A stretch of DNA of 47,853 bases from Ignavibacteria bacterium. Lineage in GTDB: Bacteria > Bacteroidota > Ignavibacteria > Ignavibacteriales > Melioribacteraceae. A program made the translations under genes and the position numbers. The notes under the pieces are model-generated. The model searched no databases. It worked only from the letters and a program-made list of their open reading frames with translations, and was not told the DNA's origin. Shown one piece after another: positions 40,016-47,853 of this stretch. How positions within the stretch are numbered: the first letter of the stretch is position 1; each line of letters opens with the position of its first letter. Location of the stretch: NCBI GenBank assembly GCA_027347805.1, contig DAIEQP010000175.1:1-47853 (forward strand), written 5' to 3'.

Positions 40016-41371
40016 ATGGATTACATTATTTATTTCGTTATTACTATCGGCATTTTGGTTTTTGTTCATGAGTTCGGACATTTCGCAGCCGCCAAACTTT
40101 CAAAAATGCGGGTCGATGTTTTTGCAATCGGTTTCGGTAAAAGAATATTTGGCTGGAATAAATTAACCGGATTTTCGTTTGGAGATCTTCCCAAGGATTG
40201 GGATGGACAGGGAAATACCGATTACAGATTAAGTATTCTTCCTCTTGGCGGCTACGTAAAAATAGCAGGCATGGTTGATGAAAGCTTTGATACAAAATTC
40301 ACAAATGAAGAACCCAAACCATATGAGTTTCGTGCAAAATCTGTTTTAGCCAAAACTTTTGTAATTACAGCAGGAGTTATGATGAATTTAACTCTTGCTA
40401 TTTTGATTTTTTGGGGAACAAATTTCTTCCAGGGCAAGCAGGTAATTAAAACTACTACCATTGCTTATGTTGAAGGCGGAAGCACAGCAGATGCCGCTGG
40501 TTTTAGAACTATGGATAAAATATTATCCATAAACGGTAAAACAGTAACTGACTGGGAACAGGTTTTAGAAAATTTGATGATTAAGAATTCTACTACCGAT
40601 GCAAAAGTTGAAGTTTTCCGTGATGGTCAAAAATTATCTTTATCTATTCCAAGAAAAACTGTAAACGAAAGTATTCAGAAAGAACCTTTTATTTATCCTT
40701 ATCCTGTTCTCCCTGTTGTTAGAGATGTTTTAAAAAATTCTCCCGCACAGGAAGCCGGCATTAAAGTTGGCGATTATATTTTGTTTATTAACAATACTTA
40801 TATCAGAGAAAGCGAAGAGATAAATAAAATTGTTCAGGCAAATAAAGATAAAGCGATTCCACTTGTACTTTTGCGCGGCAAGGATACAGTTCGCGTCTCT
40901 GTTAAACCAAGTTTGGAAGGATTGATTGGAATCTCTCATTCAATTGATTTTGCTGGTGAAATTGAATACCGCACTTATGGTTTCTTTGGATCAATTACTC
41001 AAGCGCTTGTAAATGTTGGCCAGTATACCGTAGCTACATTTGCCACACTTAAAAATGTTATTACAGGTAAACTTGCATTTAATCAGGCATTTGGAGGCCC
41101 GGTTAGGATTGCACAATATGCTGCTAAATCCGCCGATAGCGGTGCACTCCCCTTCCTTCACTTTTTAGCGATGTTAAGTTTAAGTTTAGCGATAATAAAC
41201 ATTCTTCCATTTCCTGTTCTGGATGGCGGGCACTTTGTTATTATCTTGATTGAAGGACTTTTAAAAAGAGAATTACCAATTAAAATTAAAATTGCAGTTC
41301 AGAATGCCGGCTTTGTTCTACTTTTATTATTAATGGCATTCATTATTTATTCGGATTTAATCAGCTTATAA
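40016..41371 (+). CDS. rseP: RIP metalloprotease RseP (site-2 protease with PDZ domains)
   Basis: HEFGH, PLGGYVKIAGM, two PDZ-like segments, NILPFPVLDGG; directly follows dxr. Confidence 0.96.
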   Translation: MDYIIYFVITIGILVFVHEFGHFAAAKLSKMRVDVFAIGFGKRIFGWNKLTGFSFGDLPKDWDGQGNTDYRLSILPLGGYVKIAGMVDESFDTKFTNEEPKPYEFRAKSVLAKTFVITAGVMMNLTLAILIFWGTNFFQGKQVIKTTTIAYVEGGSTADAAGFRTMDKILSINGKTVTDWEQVLENLMIKNSTTDAKVEVFRDGQKLSLSIPRKTVNESIQKEPFIYPYPVLPVVRDVLKNSPAQEAGIKVGDYILFINNTYIRESEEINKIVQANKDKAIPLVLLRGKDTVRVSVKPSLEGLIGISHSIDFAGEIEYRTYGFFGSITQALVNVGQYTVATFATLKNVITGKLAFNQAFGGPVRIAQYAAKSADSGALPFLHFLAMLSLSLAIINILPFPVLDGGHFVIILIEGLLKRELPIKIKIAVQNAGFVLLLLLMAFIIYSDLISL

Positions 41372-41377
41372 AATTTT

Positions 41378-41528
41378 TGCTGGGTGTTTCAGCATCTGAA
41401 ACTCTCTCAATAGCTCTTTGAGTTGCTTTGTGTTGCGGTTTTGTAAACCGCCCTGTTCTACAAAATAATTTGATGAACCCTGCACAAAGTTAACTCATTC
41501 AAAGCCGCTGAGAGAGTTTCTTTTTTTT
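41378..41528. ncRNA. Candidate structured RNA / attenuator leader (family unassigned)
   Basis: Perfect 12-bp closing stem GAAACTCTCTCA (41398-41409) / TGAGAGAGTTTC (41509-41520), nested stems, then T8. Confidence 0.5.
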
Positions 41529-41543
41529 AAAGGATTTAGCACA

Positions 41544-43361
41544 ATGAAATTAATCTCGTTATTTGTTTTCATCATGTTTTTTTCAGTAGTATCATTTTCT
41601 CAGGAAAGAACTTACGACTTTGATGAAATTGTTATTTCTGCTGGAAGAACGCCGATTTCATTCTCTAACATTTCAAGAAGTATAGCCATTTTAACTCGTG
41701 CAGATATTCAAAAAATTCCCGCATCAAATATTATTGATCTGTTAAAATTCACAAGCGGAGTTGATCTACGCGCGCGCGGAACTGAAGGCGTTCAGGCCGA
41801 TGTTGGAATTCGCGGCGGTTCATTTGAAGAAACTCTTGTTTTGATTAATGGTGTAAAACTGAACGATCCGCAAACCGGTCACAACAGTTTGAATCTGCCT
41901 CTTTCCCTCGATAACATTGAGAGAATAGAAATCCTTAAAGGAGAAGGAAGCAGAGTATTCGGCGCCAATGCGTTTAGCGGCGCAATAAATATTGTAACAA
42001 AAAAAGATTTAATAAACTCGTTAAATATTTCCAGCAGCGGCGGTGAGAATGGATTGTATGATCTGGGATTATCAGCATCAATTCTTACCGGTCCGGCAGC
42101 AAACAGTTTTTCTATTAATAGAAGTAAATCGGATGGCTACCGTTTTAATACAAACCTGGAATCAACGAATATTTATTTTTCGCAAAATTATTCTTTCAGG
42201 AGTGCAAACATAAATTGGCTGTTTGGTTACACTGACAAAGAATTTGGTGCAAATAGTTTTTATTCTGATTTATTTCCCAATCAATATGAAAGGACATTAA
42301 CCAAATATGGGAATGTATCGGCCGAATATAAATTTTCTGAAGTTGCACTTACATCCAAAACATTTTTAAGAACGAATTTCGACGATTACAAACTTGATAA
42401 ATTTCGCCCGGGATGGAATCAGAATACACACAGGACGAATTCTTACGGAACAGAATTTCAGGCAACGATTAATACTTCTGCCGGAATAACTTCGTTTGGT
42501 GTTGATTTTAGCCGGGATGAAATTACCAGCACAAATCTTGGAACACATAACAGAAGCAAAATAGGATTTTTTGCCGAACACAATTTAGTTCTGAATGAGA
42601 ATATTACTTTTTCAGGAGGATTCTTTGCATACAACTATTCTTCAATCGGTTGGAAATATTGGCCCGGCTTTGATGTTAATTATAAACTTTCGAAGGATGC
42701 AAAAATATTTTTTTCTGCGGGAAGAGCATTCCGCGTTCCAACATTTACTGAATTATTTTATGTGAGTCCCACCAACATGGGTAATCCTGATCTTCAATAT
42801 GAAGAAACAACCAATTATGAAATTGGATTTTCTTTATTAAAGAATTATTTCCGTTATAATTCAAGTGTGTTTTTCAAGGATGGAACGAACTTGATTGATT
42901 GGGTTCGTGATGTCAGAACTTCACCATGGCAGGTTCAAAATGTAAGCCGCTTAAAAACAATCGGCCTCGAAACAGATTTTGATTTCAACATCAAAAATAT
43001 TCTCGGCAATTTACCATTGAAACAATTCAGGATTAGTTACACATTTCTTTCGTCAGACAGAAACTCATCAGGATTTGAATCAAAATATTTACTTGATCAT
43101 CTGCGCCATCAATTAATTTTATTCCTTTCAAATGAATTGGCTTTTGATGTAATTCAATTCTGGACAGCAAGATTTGAACAGCGGGTAAACCAGTCATCAA
43201 ATTTTATAGTTGACACAAAGCTTTCGAAAAAAATTGGCTACTTTAATTTCTTTATCAATGCGACAAACCTATTCAATCAATCATATTATGATATTCCCGG
43301 TGTTCTGCTCCCTGGTAGGTGGATAAGTGCTGGTGTTAAATTTTCAATAAATGATTTTTAA
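41544..43361 (+). CDS. TonB-dependent outer-membrane receptor
   Basis: Signal peptide; TonB box DEIVISA; plug motifs IRGG, LINGVKLNDPQTGH, IERIEILKG, GAINIVT; C-terminal NLFNQSY...PGRW. Confidence 0.93.
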   Translation: MKLISLFVFIMFFSVVSFSQERTYDFDEIVISAGRTPISFSNISRSIAILTRADIQKIPASNIIDLLKFTSGVDLRARGTEGVQADVGIRGGSFEETLVLINGVKLNDPQTGHNSLNLPLSLDNIERIEILKGEGSRVFGANAFSGAINIVTKKDLINSLNISSSGGENGLYDLGLSASILTGPAANSFSINRSKSDGYRFNTNLESTNIYFSQNYSFRSANINWLFGYTDKEFGANSFYSDLFPNQYERTLTKYGNVSAEYKFSEVALTSKTFLRTNFDDYKLDKFRPGWNQNTHRTNSYGTEFQATINTSAGITSFGVDFSRDEITSTNLGTHNRSKIGFFAEHNLVLNENITFSGGFFAYNYSSIGWKYWPGFDVNYKLSKDAKIFFSAGRAFRVPTFTELFYVSPTNMGNPDLQYEETTNYEIGFSLLKNYFRYNSSVFFKDGTNLIDWVRDVRTSPWQVQNVSRLKTIGLETDFDFNIKNILGNLPLKQFRISYTFLSSDRNSSGFESKYLLDHLRHQLILFLSNELAFDVIQFWTARFEQRVNQSSNFIVDTKLSKKIGYFNFFINATNLFNQSYYDIPGVLLPGRWISAGVKFSINDF

Positions 43362-44056
43362 TTTGGACGAAATGTTAGAGATAATGTGAGCTGAACTTTT
43401 ACCCGGTTTCCATTTTTTTTGCCGGGTTTAAATCTTGTATTTTTTATTGCCCAAAGCGCTTCTTCATCACAGCCATAGCCAAGACCTTTTACTATTTCTG
43501 CACGTGTCACTTCACCATTTTCATTTATAAATGCTTTTACAAAAACTTTTCCAACAACACTTTCTTTTCTCGCTGCATCAGGATAACTAACATTGCGCTG
43601 CAAAGCATCCATTCCGCCAAAAGGTTCCGGCATAATATCAACAGCAACATAATATGTCTCATCAACAGGAATTACTTTTTTTACTTCCGGCTTTGGCGGA
43701 TCAACTTTCAAATCTCCTGCCGGTACGTTTGAATCTTTAGGCATTTCAAGTTCGCTTGTTTCCTCTCCTTTTTTAGCAACTTTTGGAATCCCATATTTAG
43801 GCTTTGTTGTTGCTGGCGCATTAAAATATTCATCGCTTACTATTGATGGCGGAGGGCCCAATTCTACGTAAGTTAAAATTCTCTGTCGGACTTTATTATT
43901 GTTTTCATCTGGTTTAACAGGCGCTACTAGCAAATAAATTGCAATGAGAAATAAATGAATGCCAACTGCTGATGCGATTCCGATAGAATAATTTCTATTG
44001 TAATTTTTTTTTAACTCAAAGGCGCCATAGATTTTATTCTGCGAAGAATCGATCAT
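43358..44056 (-). CDS. tonB: Energy transducer TonB
   Basis: N-terminal TM with S...H (ASAVGIH); Pro-rich linker; C-domain VSYPDAARKESVVGKVFV...CDEEAL...FKPG. Confidence 0.85.
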   Translation of the reverse strand: MIDSSQNKIYGAFELKKNYNRNYSIGIASAVGIHLFLIAIYLLVAPVKPDENNNKVRQRILTYVELGPPPSIVSDEYFNAPATTKPKYGIPKVAKKGEETSELEMPKDSNVPAGDLKVDPPKPEVKKVIPVDETYYVAVDIMPEPFGGMDALQRNVSYPDAARKESVVGKVFVKAFINENGEVTRAEIVKGLGYGCDEEALWAIKNTRFKPGKKNGNRVKVQLTLSLTFRPN

Positions 44057-44082
44057 TTATGAATTCTGATAAAATTGTTGGA

Positions 44083-44113
44083 CAAAGTTAGAGATGATGC
44101 TCGCAAGAGGCAA
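44083..44113 (-). promoter_or_regulatory. Putative housekeeping promoter of tonB (Bacteroidota-type -33/-7)
   Basis: Minus strand TTG-N20-TAACTTTG. Confidence 0.5.
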
Positions 44114-44122
44114 TTAAATAAC

Positions 44123-44149
44123 AAGCGGTTCCTTTTTATGGAACCGCTT
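44123..44149 (-). terminator. Terminator-like hairpin
   Basis: AAGCGGTTCC-N7-GGAACCGCTT, just downstream of the 44159-44515 gene. Confidence 0.7.
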
Positions 44150-44158
44150 TAGATTCAT

Positions 44159-44515
44159 TTAGAAATTTATTGGAATGATAACTTTCTTTTTTGTTTTCTT
44201 TCCGTCTTTTTCGCCAGGTTTGAATTTTACCGAACGGACAGCTTTTACAGCAGCCGAATCACAAGCTGGGCTCAATGCTTTGAAAATACTTGTAGCCAAA
44301 ATTGCACCGGTGGAATCGCAGGTAACCATCACTTGAACCTGGCCTTTAACATTTTTCTTTGTCACTTCTTCAGGCGCTACAACTTTTTTTGCTACTGCTT
44401 CCATACCGCCAATCGGCATTGGAGATTTGTCGCCTTTCTTTTGTGCAACTGAAAGCGTGTTGCCTGCAATTACTAATGCCAATACAATTAAAAGAAATTT
44501 GGTTACAGATTTCAT
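44159..44515 (-). CDS. Signal-peptide protein consisting of one divergent TonB C-terminal domain
   Basis: Signal peptide; MPIGGMEAV...VKGQVQV...CDSAAVKAV..VKFKPG...IPINF. Confidence 0.8.
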   Translation of the reverse strand: MKSVTKFLLIVLALVIAGNTLSVAQKKGDKSPMPIGGMEAVAKKVVAPEEVTKKNVKGQVQVMVTCDSTGAILATSIFKALSPACDSAAVKAVRSVKFKPGEKDGKKTKKKVIIPINF

Positions 44516-44551
44516 TTGGGCCTCATTTTATATGTTTGATAAAAACTTCGG

Positions 44552-44582
44552 CAAACATATTTATCAATTTATTATGATGCAA
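44552..44582 (-). promoter_or_regulatory. Putative housekeeping promoter (Bacteroidota-type -33/-7)
   Basis: Minus strand TTG-N20-TATGTTTG, same spacing as the tonB motif. Confidence 0.5.
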
Positions 44583-44591
44583 TCCCAAAAT

Positions 44592-44616
44592 AAAAAAAGC
44601 GGACTGAAGTCCGCTT
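44592..44616 (-). terminator. Intrinsic terminator of the ECF sigma operon
   Basis: Inverted repeat AAGCGGACT / AGTCCGCTT followed by a U-run on the minus strand. Confidence 0.85.
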
Positions 44617-44623
44617 GTAAAAA

Positions 44624-45664
44624 TTATTTGTCTTTGTTCTTTAATCCCTCTACATAACCACGAATTTCTTCTAAGGTTTTACTTATATGCCTATATACCA
44701 CCTTATCTTTACGAGCATAAAACACATAACCTTCTTTACCTTTAAAAATTCCTTTATAGACAGCTGACTCGTCACCATACTTAATATCTGTATCCAACTT
44801 TTCAGATTTAATTCCTTTTGGAACTCCAAGTGCCTCGGCTTTGTCTGGATTATCACTCAAATTAATCAATGACGCATATGTTTTTTTTGCTTCTTCTGTA
44901 GTTGAGTATTCCCCATAGTTGGGCATCTCTTTTCCATCCAAAGCAAATTTATATGGCAATACAATCCACACTGCAACAGGATTTCCTTTTTGAAGCGCTG
45001 GACTAAATTTACATTTCATCGCAGCGTCAACTGCCGACTGATTGAAAATTTCGTTTTCTGTTTTAATCACTACTGCCTTTTTTGGTGAACCATCTTTGCT
45101 CACCAATATTTTTACATAAACTTTTCCGCTAATATTGTTTTTCTTTGCTTCCTCAGGATAAATTGGCTTTCCAGTCTCTATCAATGCCGGTAATTTTTCA
45201 ACTTCAACAGTAGCATTTATATCCGGATCGGAAATATCTGCTGGCGGCTCAGGTGTTACGCCAACATCAGGAACATTTGACTTATCATCCAGCTTAAAGT
45301 TGATTGGAATTACAACAGTAGCTTTAACTTTTTTATTCTGCTTCGAAACCGCAGGAGTAAATTTTGTTTTCTTTATTGCTTCAATCGCAGAAGCATTTAA
45401 GGTTTCCTGTTCGCTCTTTAGTATTTTTGTTTCAGCCACATTTCCTTTTTCATCAATTGTAGCCTGGACAAAAACTTTTCCCTGGATTCCGGCAAGCTTG
45501 GCAACTTTAGGATATTCCGGTAAAATTGGTGTTAACGGGGCCGGGAAATTCTTTATCTCCTGATTTATTTTTTCAGCATTAATGTCTTTTTTGTGATTAT
45601 CCTTTTGCTGTCCAAACCCAACAAAAGAAATAATTAATAGTAACAACAATATTTTTCTTTTCAT
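44624..45664 (-). CDS. Signal-peptide protein with two tandem TonB C-terminal domains
   Basis: PEYPKVAKLAGIQGKVFV...FTPA...VIPINFKL and PIYPEEAKKNNISGKVYV...FSPA...VLPYKFAL, plus a C-terminal extra domain. Confidence 0.85.
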   Translation of the reverse strand: MKRKILLLLLIISFVGFGQQKDNHKKDINAEKINQEIKNFPAPLTPILPEYPKVAKLAGIQGKVFVQATIDEKGNVAETKILKSEQETLNASAIEAIKKTKFTPAVSKQNKKVKATVVIPINFKLDDKSNVPDVGVTPEPPADISDPDINATVEVEKLPALIETGKPIYPEEAKKNNISGKVYVKILVSKDGSPKKAVVIKTENEIFNQSAVDAAMKCKFSPALQKGNPVAVWIVLPYKFALDGKEMPNYGEYSTTEEAKKTYASLINLSDNPDKAEALGVPKGIKSEKLDTDIKYGDESAVYKGIFKGKEGYVFYARKDKVVYRHISKTLEEIRGYVEGLKNKDK

Positions 45665-45672
45665 TTTATACC

Positions 45673-46146
45673 TCAGCTTTGCGGTCTGACGACCACCTCT
45701 TTAACTTTTAGATAAGCTCCCTGCACATCAACCTGAGGCAGGGCGTTCATTAGCAGATTAATTTGTTCGTTCTGTTTTCTGACTTCGCGCGTTAAATCAT
45801 TAAACTGAACTTTGTATTCCTCCGACTTCGAATAGAAAAAGATTGACGCAGCCAGAAGAATTATGGAGAATGAATATGCGATCGCGGTAAAAAATTTATA
45901 TTTATAATTTACTGGTGAAGTTCTGTTTTCAAGCTTATCAATATTTAAAAGAATTTTTTCATCAAGAGATTCCGGATATTCATCAATTGCGTTATGGAAA
46001 GTCGTTTGAAGTAAATTCATCTTCTTAAAATATTCTCTAGCTTCTTCGTCAGCACCAAGCGAAGTAAACAGAATTGGTTCCTTTCCCTTTCCAAGTTCAT
46101 TGTCAAAATAAAGATCAATCATATTTATTAATTCTTCGGTTTTCAT
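45673..46146 (-). CDS. Probable transmembrane anti-sigma factor
   Basis: N-terminal IDLYFDNEL anti-sigma-like helix; single TM; 9 nt downstream of the ECF sigma gene. Confidence 0.7.
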   Translation of the reverse strand: MKTEELINMIDLYFDNELGKGKEPILFTSLGADEEAREYFKKMNLLQTTFHNAIDEYPESLDEKILLNIDKLENRTSPVNYKYKFFTAIAYSFSIILLAASIFFYSKSEEYKVQFNDLTREVRKQNEQINLLMNALPQVDVQGAYLKVKEVVVRPQS

Positions 46147-46155
46147 AGTCGCCTC

Positions 46156-46683
46156 TTATTTAAGAACCATTTTTGATATTTTTTTAATCAGCTTTTCTCT
46201 TGTTAAACGCAGCCGGCTCTTTACAAGATCAGAATCAATACACATCATTTCACCTATTTCTTTATAACTAAATCCGCCATACTCTTTAAGCAGGTAAACT
46301 TCTTTCTGTTCAACAGGAAGTTTGTCAAGTTCTTTCATTACTATCTCCTTTAATTCAAGCTCATCAAACTTCTCTTCTAATTTAAAATCCGAATCAATAT
46401 CAATTTCATCAGCATCGGCAACAGCGTATTGATCCACATGAATTTTTTTGTTTCTGAACAAAGTATAAATTTGGTTTCGAACCGTTGTAAAAAGCCAGAA
46501 TTCGATCTTGCTCGAATCTTTTATCTTATCAAGATTTTCATACAATTTCATAAATGTATTTTGAATTATATCTTCGCAAGCCATCCTGTCCCACAGCATT
46601 TTGAACGCGTAATTATATAACCGTGCTTTATGCCGGTTATAGATCAGTGTAAATTCGATTATTCTCTGCGAAGTAGTCTTCAC
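46156..46683 (-). CDS. ECF RNA polymerase sigma factor
   Basis: Region 2 (CEDIIQNTFMKLY, FWLFTTVRN); region 4 (LPVEQKEVYLL, FSYKEIG, VKSRL). Confidence 0.93.
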   Translation of the reverse strand: MKTTSQRIIEFTLIYNRHKARLYNYAFKMLWDRMACEDIIQNTFMKLYENLDKIKDSSKIEFWLFTTVRNQIYTLFRNKKIHVDQYAVADADEIDIDSDFKLEEKFDELELKEIVMKELDKLPVEQKEVYLLKEYGGFSYKEIGEMMCIDSDLVKSRLRLTREKLIKKISKMVLK

Positions 46684-46705
46684 AATAAATTCTCTTTATT
46701 ATAAA

Positions 46706-46730
46706 GATGATTAAACAGGCAAAAAGTTGC
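46706..46730 (-). promoter_or_regulatory. Putative autoregulatory ECF promoter
   Basis: Minus strand GCAAC-N16-CATC(TTTAT), 22 nt upstream of the GTG start. Confidence 0.55.
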
Positions 46731-46754
46731 CTTACCAAATGCAAAATTTTTTAT

Positions 46755-47339
46755 TTATTTGATAGATGCAAGCACAGAATTCTGCACCTTAAATATTTCC
46801 GATGGGTCGCTCGAAGCTGAAGCAAAGGCTGTTAATTCGAAATATTTGTTTTCGAGGCTGAAAATGATTGTCCGAACTGGCTGATTCACCTGATTATTAT
46901 ACTGAAACGCGGGAATTATTTTCGTTCCTAATTCAATTTTTTCATCATTAAATCCCGAAAATGATTTTCCAAGTCCGGCTTTGATAATTTGTTTATTTAT
47001 TTCAGCAATTCTTTCAAGCTGGTTGATTGAACTGCTCTTTGATTTTTCTTCATTCAAATTGACCATAATAAACTTAATTGTTGCGGAGTAATCATCCTTA
47101 ACAAGCCAGAGATCTGTTGCCAAATGTTCATTATCTTCCGCAACAAACCAGCCCAGCGGAATTTTAATTTCAATTAAGGACGAATTTGATTTTGCAGTTT
47201 TTTCGGTCAGGGGATAATCAAAATTGTAGATTGAAGAATATCCGGTTGCACAGGAATAGAAAAAGAGTGGAAGTAAAAACAAAATCAACCCCCGCTTAAA
47301 TGCGGGAGCTGATTTTAATATTGTTACAAAGATTTTCAT
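46755..47339 (-). CDS. Hypothetical lipoprotein
   Basis: Hydrophobic stretch ending FFYS-C; IPLGWF motif and C-terminal VLASIK, reminiscent of PsbP/DcrB-like folds. Confidence 0.65.
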   Translation of the reverse strand: MKIFVTILKSAPAFKRGLILFLLPLFFYSCATGYSSIYNFDYPLTEKTAKSNSSLIEIKIPLGWFVAEDNEHLATDLWLVKDDYSATIKFIMVNLNEEKSKSSSINQLERIAEINKQIIKAGLGKSFSGFNDEKIELGTKIIPAFQYNNQVNQPVRTIIFSLENKYFELTAFASASSDPSEIFKVQNSVLASIK

Positions 47340-47342
47340 CAG

Positions 47343-47853
47343 TTAGATTTTTCCAACCAAATCTTCACCTGGCACCAGCGTATCTGCGCCTGGTTCCCAG
47401 CTTGCTGGACAAACCTGCTCAGGATGTTCGCGAACATATGCCGCTGCTTTAACTCTGCGTAAAATTTCTTTTGAACTTCTTCCAATGCTGTTGTCATGAA
47501 TATCAATTGTCTTTAAAGTTCCATCGGGATCGATTATGAATGTTCCGCGCAAAGAAAGACCATCAGCTTCAATGTAGGTACCAAATGTTTTGCAAATGTT
47601 TGCTGTCGGATCTGCACCCATCGGATATTTTATTTTACCAATTGCTTTCGATGAATCATGCCAAGCGAAATGCGCAAACACAGTATCAGTACTGAAACTG
47701 ATAACCTCGGCGCCTTCTTTTTTGAACTCATCGTAATGATGCGCGGCTTCTTCTAATTCTGTCGGACAGACAAAAGTAAAATCTGCCGGATAAAATAAAA
47801 GTACAATCCACTTTCCCTTTAATTCGGAAAGGCTCATTGTTTTGAATTCGTTG
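47343..47853 (-). CDS. ahpC: 2-Cys peroxiredoxin (AhpC); 5' end outside the window
   Basis: FYPADFTFVCPTE and VCPASW; frame is open to the window edge (NEFKTMSL...). Confidence 0.95.
   Translation of the reverse strand, partial: NEFKTMSLSELKGKWIVLLFYPADFTFVCPTELEEAAHHYDEFKKEGAEVISFSTDTVFAHFAWHDSSKAIGKIKYPMGADPTANICKTFGTYIEADGLSLRGTFIIDPDGTLKTIDIHDNSIGRSSKEILRRVKAAAYVREHPEQVCPASWEPGADTLVPGEDLVGKI

Noticed and set aside
41398-41520. Assignment of the structured element to SRP RNA, 6S RNA, TPP, cobalamin or NiCo riboswitch
   Set aside because: No GNRA-capped SRP helix 8 motif, shorter than typical 6S, and TPP/B12 core sequences are absent. The NiCo resemblance is partial and antisense to the downstream gene. 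Left unassigned.
1591-46620. Numerous 60-126 aa antisense or alternate-frame ORFs in the track
   Set aside because: They lie within or largely overlap well-supported genes, have no recognisable motifs, and are expected as shadow ORFs.
1-47853. CRISPR arrays, tRNA/rRNA, IS elements, prophage or defence genes
   Set aside because: No regularly spaced direct repeats, no cloverleaf or rRNA signatures, and no transposase, integrase or phage motifs in any ORF.

Overview
AT-rich bacterial chromosome segment. Gene families, lipoprotein signals and TAnnTTTG-type promoter motifs suggest the FCB group, most plausibly Ignavibacteriota (inference). It is mostly housekeeping: pckA, two class I aminotransferases, aroE, sucC, a LonC-type protease, pyk, ahcY, metK, dxr, rseP and a partial ahpC. 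No rRNA, tRNA, CRISPR array or transposase was seen. Best candidate for an undescribed system is a four-gene cassette at 27511-30258: a secreted protein ending in CPPFC, a ~7-TM membrane protein, a 1-TM PAS histidine kinase and a stand-alone receiver. It looks like a peptide/protein-signal two-component system with a split receptor. Other notable items are a Cyc2-like monoheme cytochrome-porin fusion (37125-38234), a long structured-RNA candidate in front of a TonB-dependent receptor (41378-41528), an ECF sigma/anti-sigma operon followed by signal-peptide TonB C-terminal-domain proteins, an AmpG permease with a ~170-aa inserted domain, a catalytically degenerate galactokinase paralogue, and an A9-tract frameshift in an ADP-ribosylglycohydrolase-family gene. 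All family calls come from motif recognition, not database searches.
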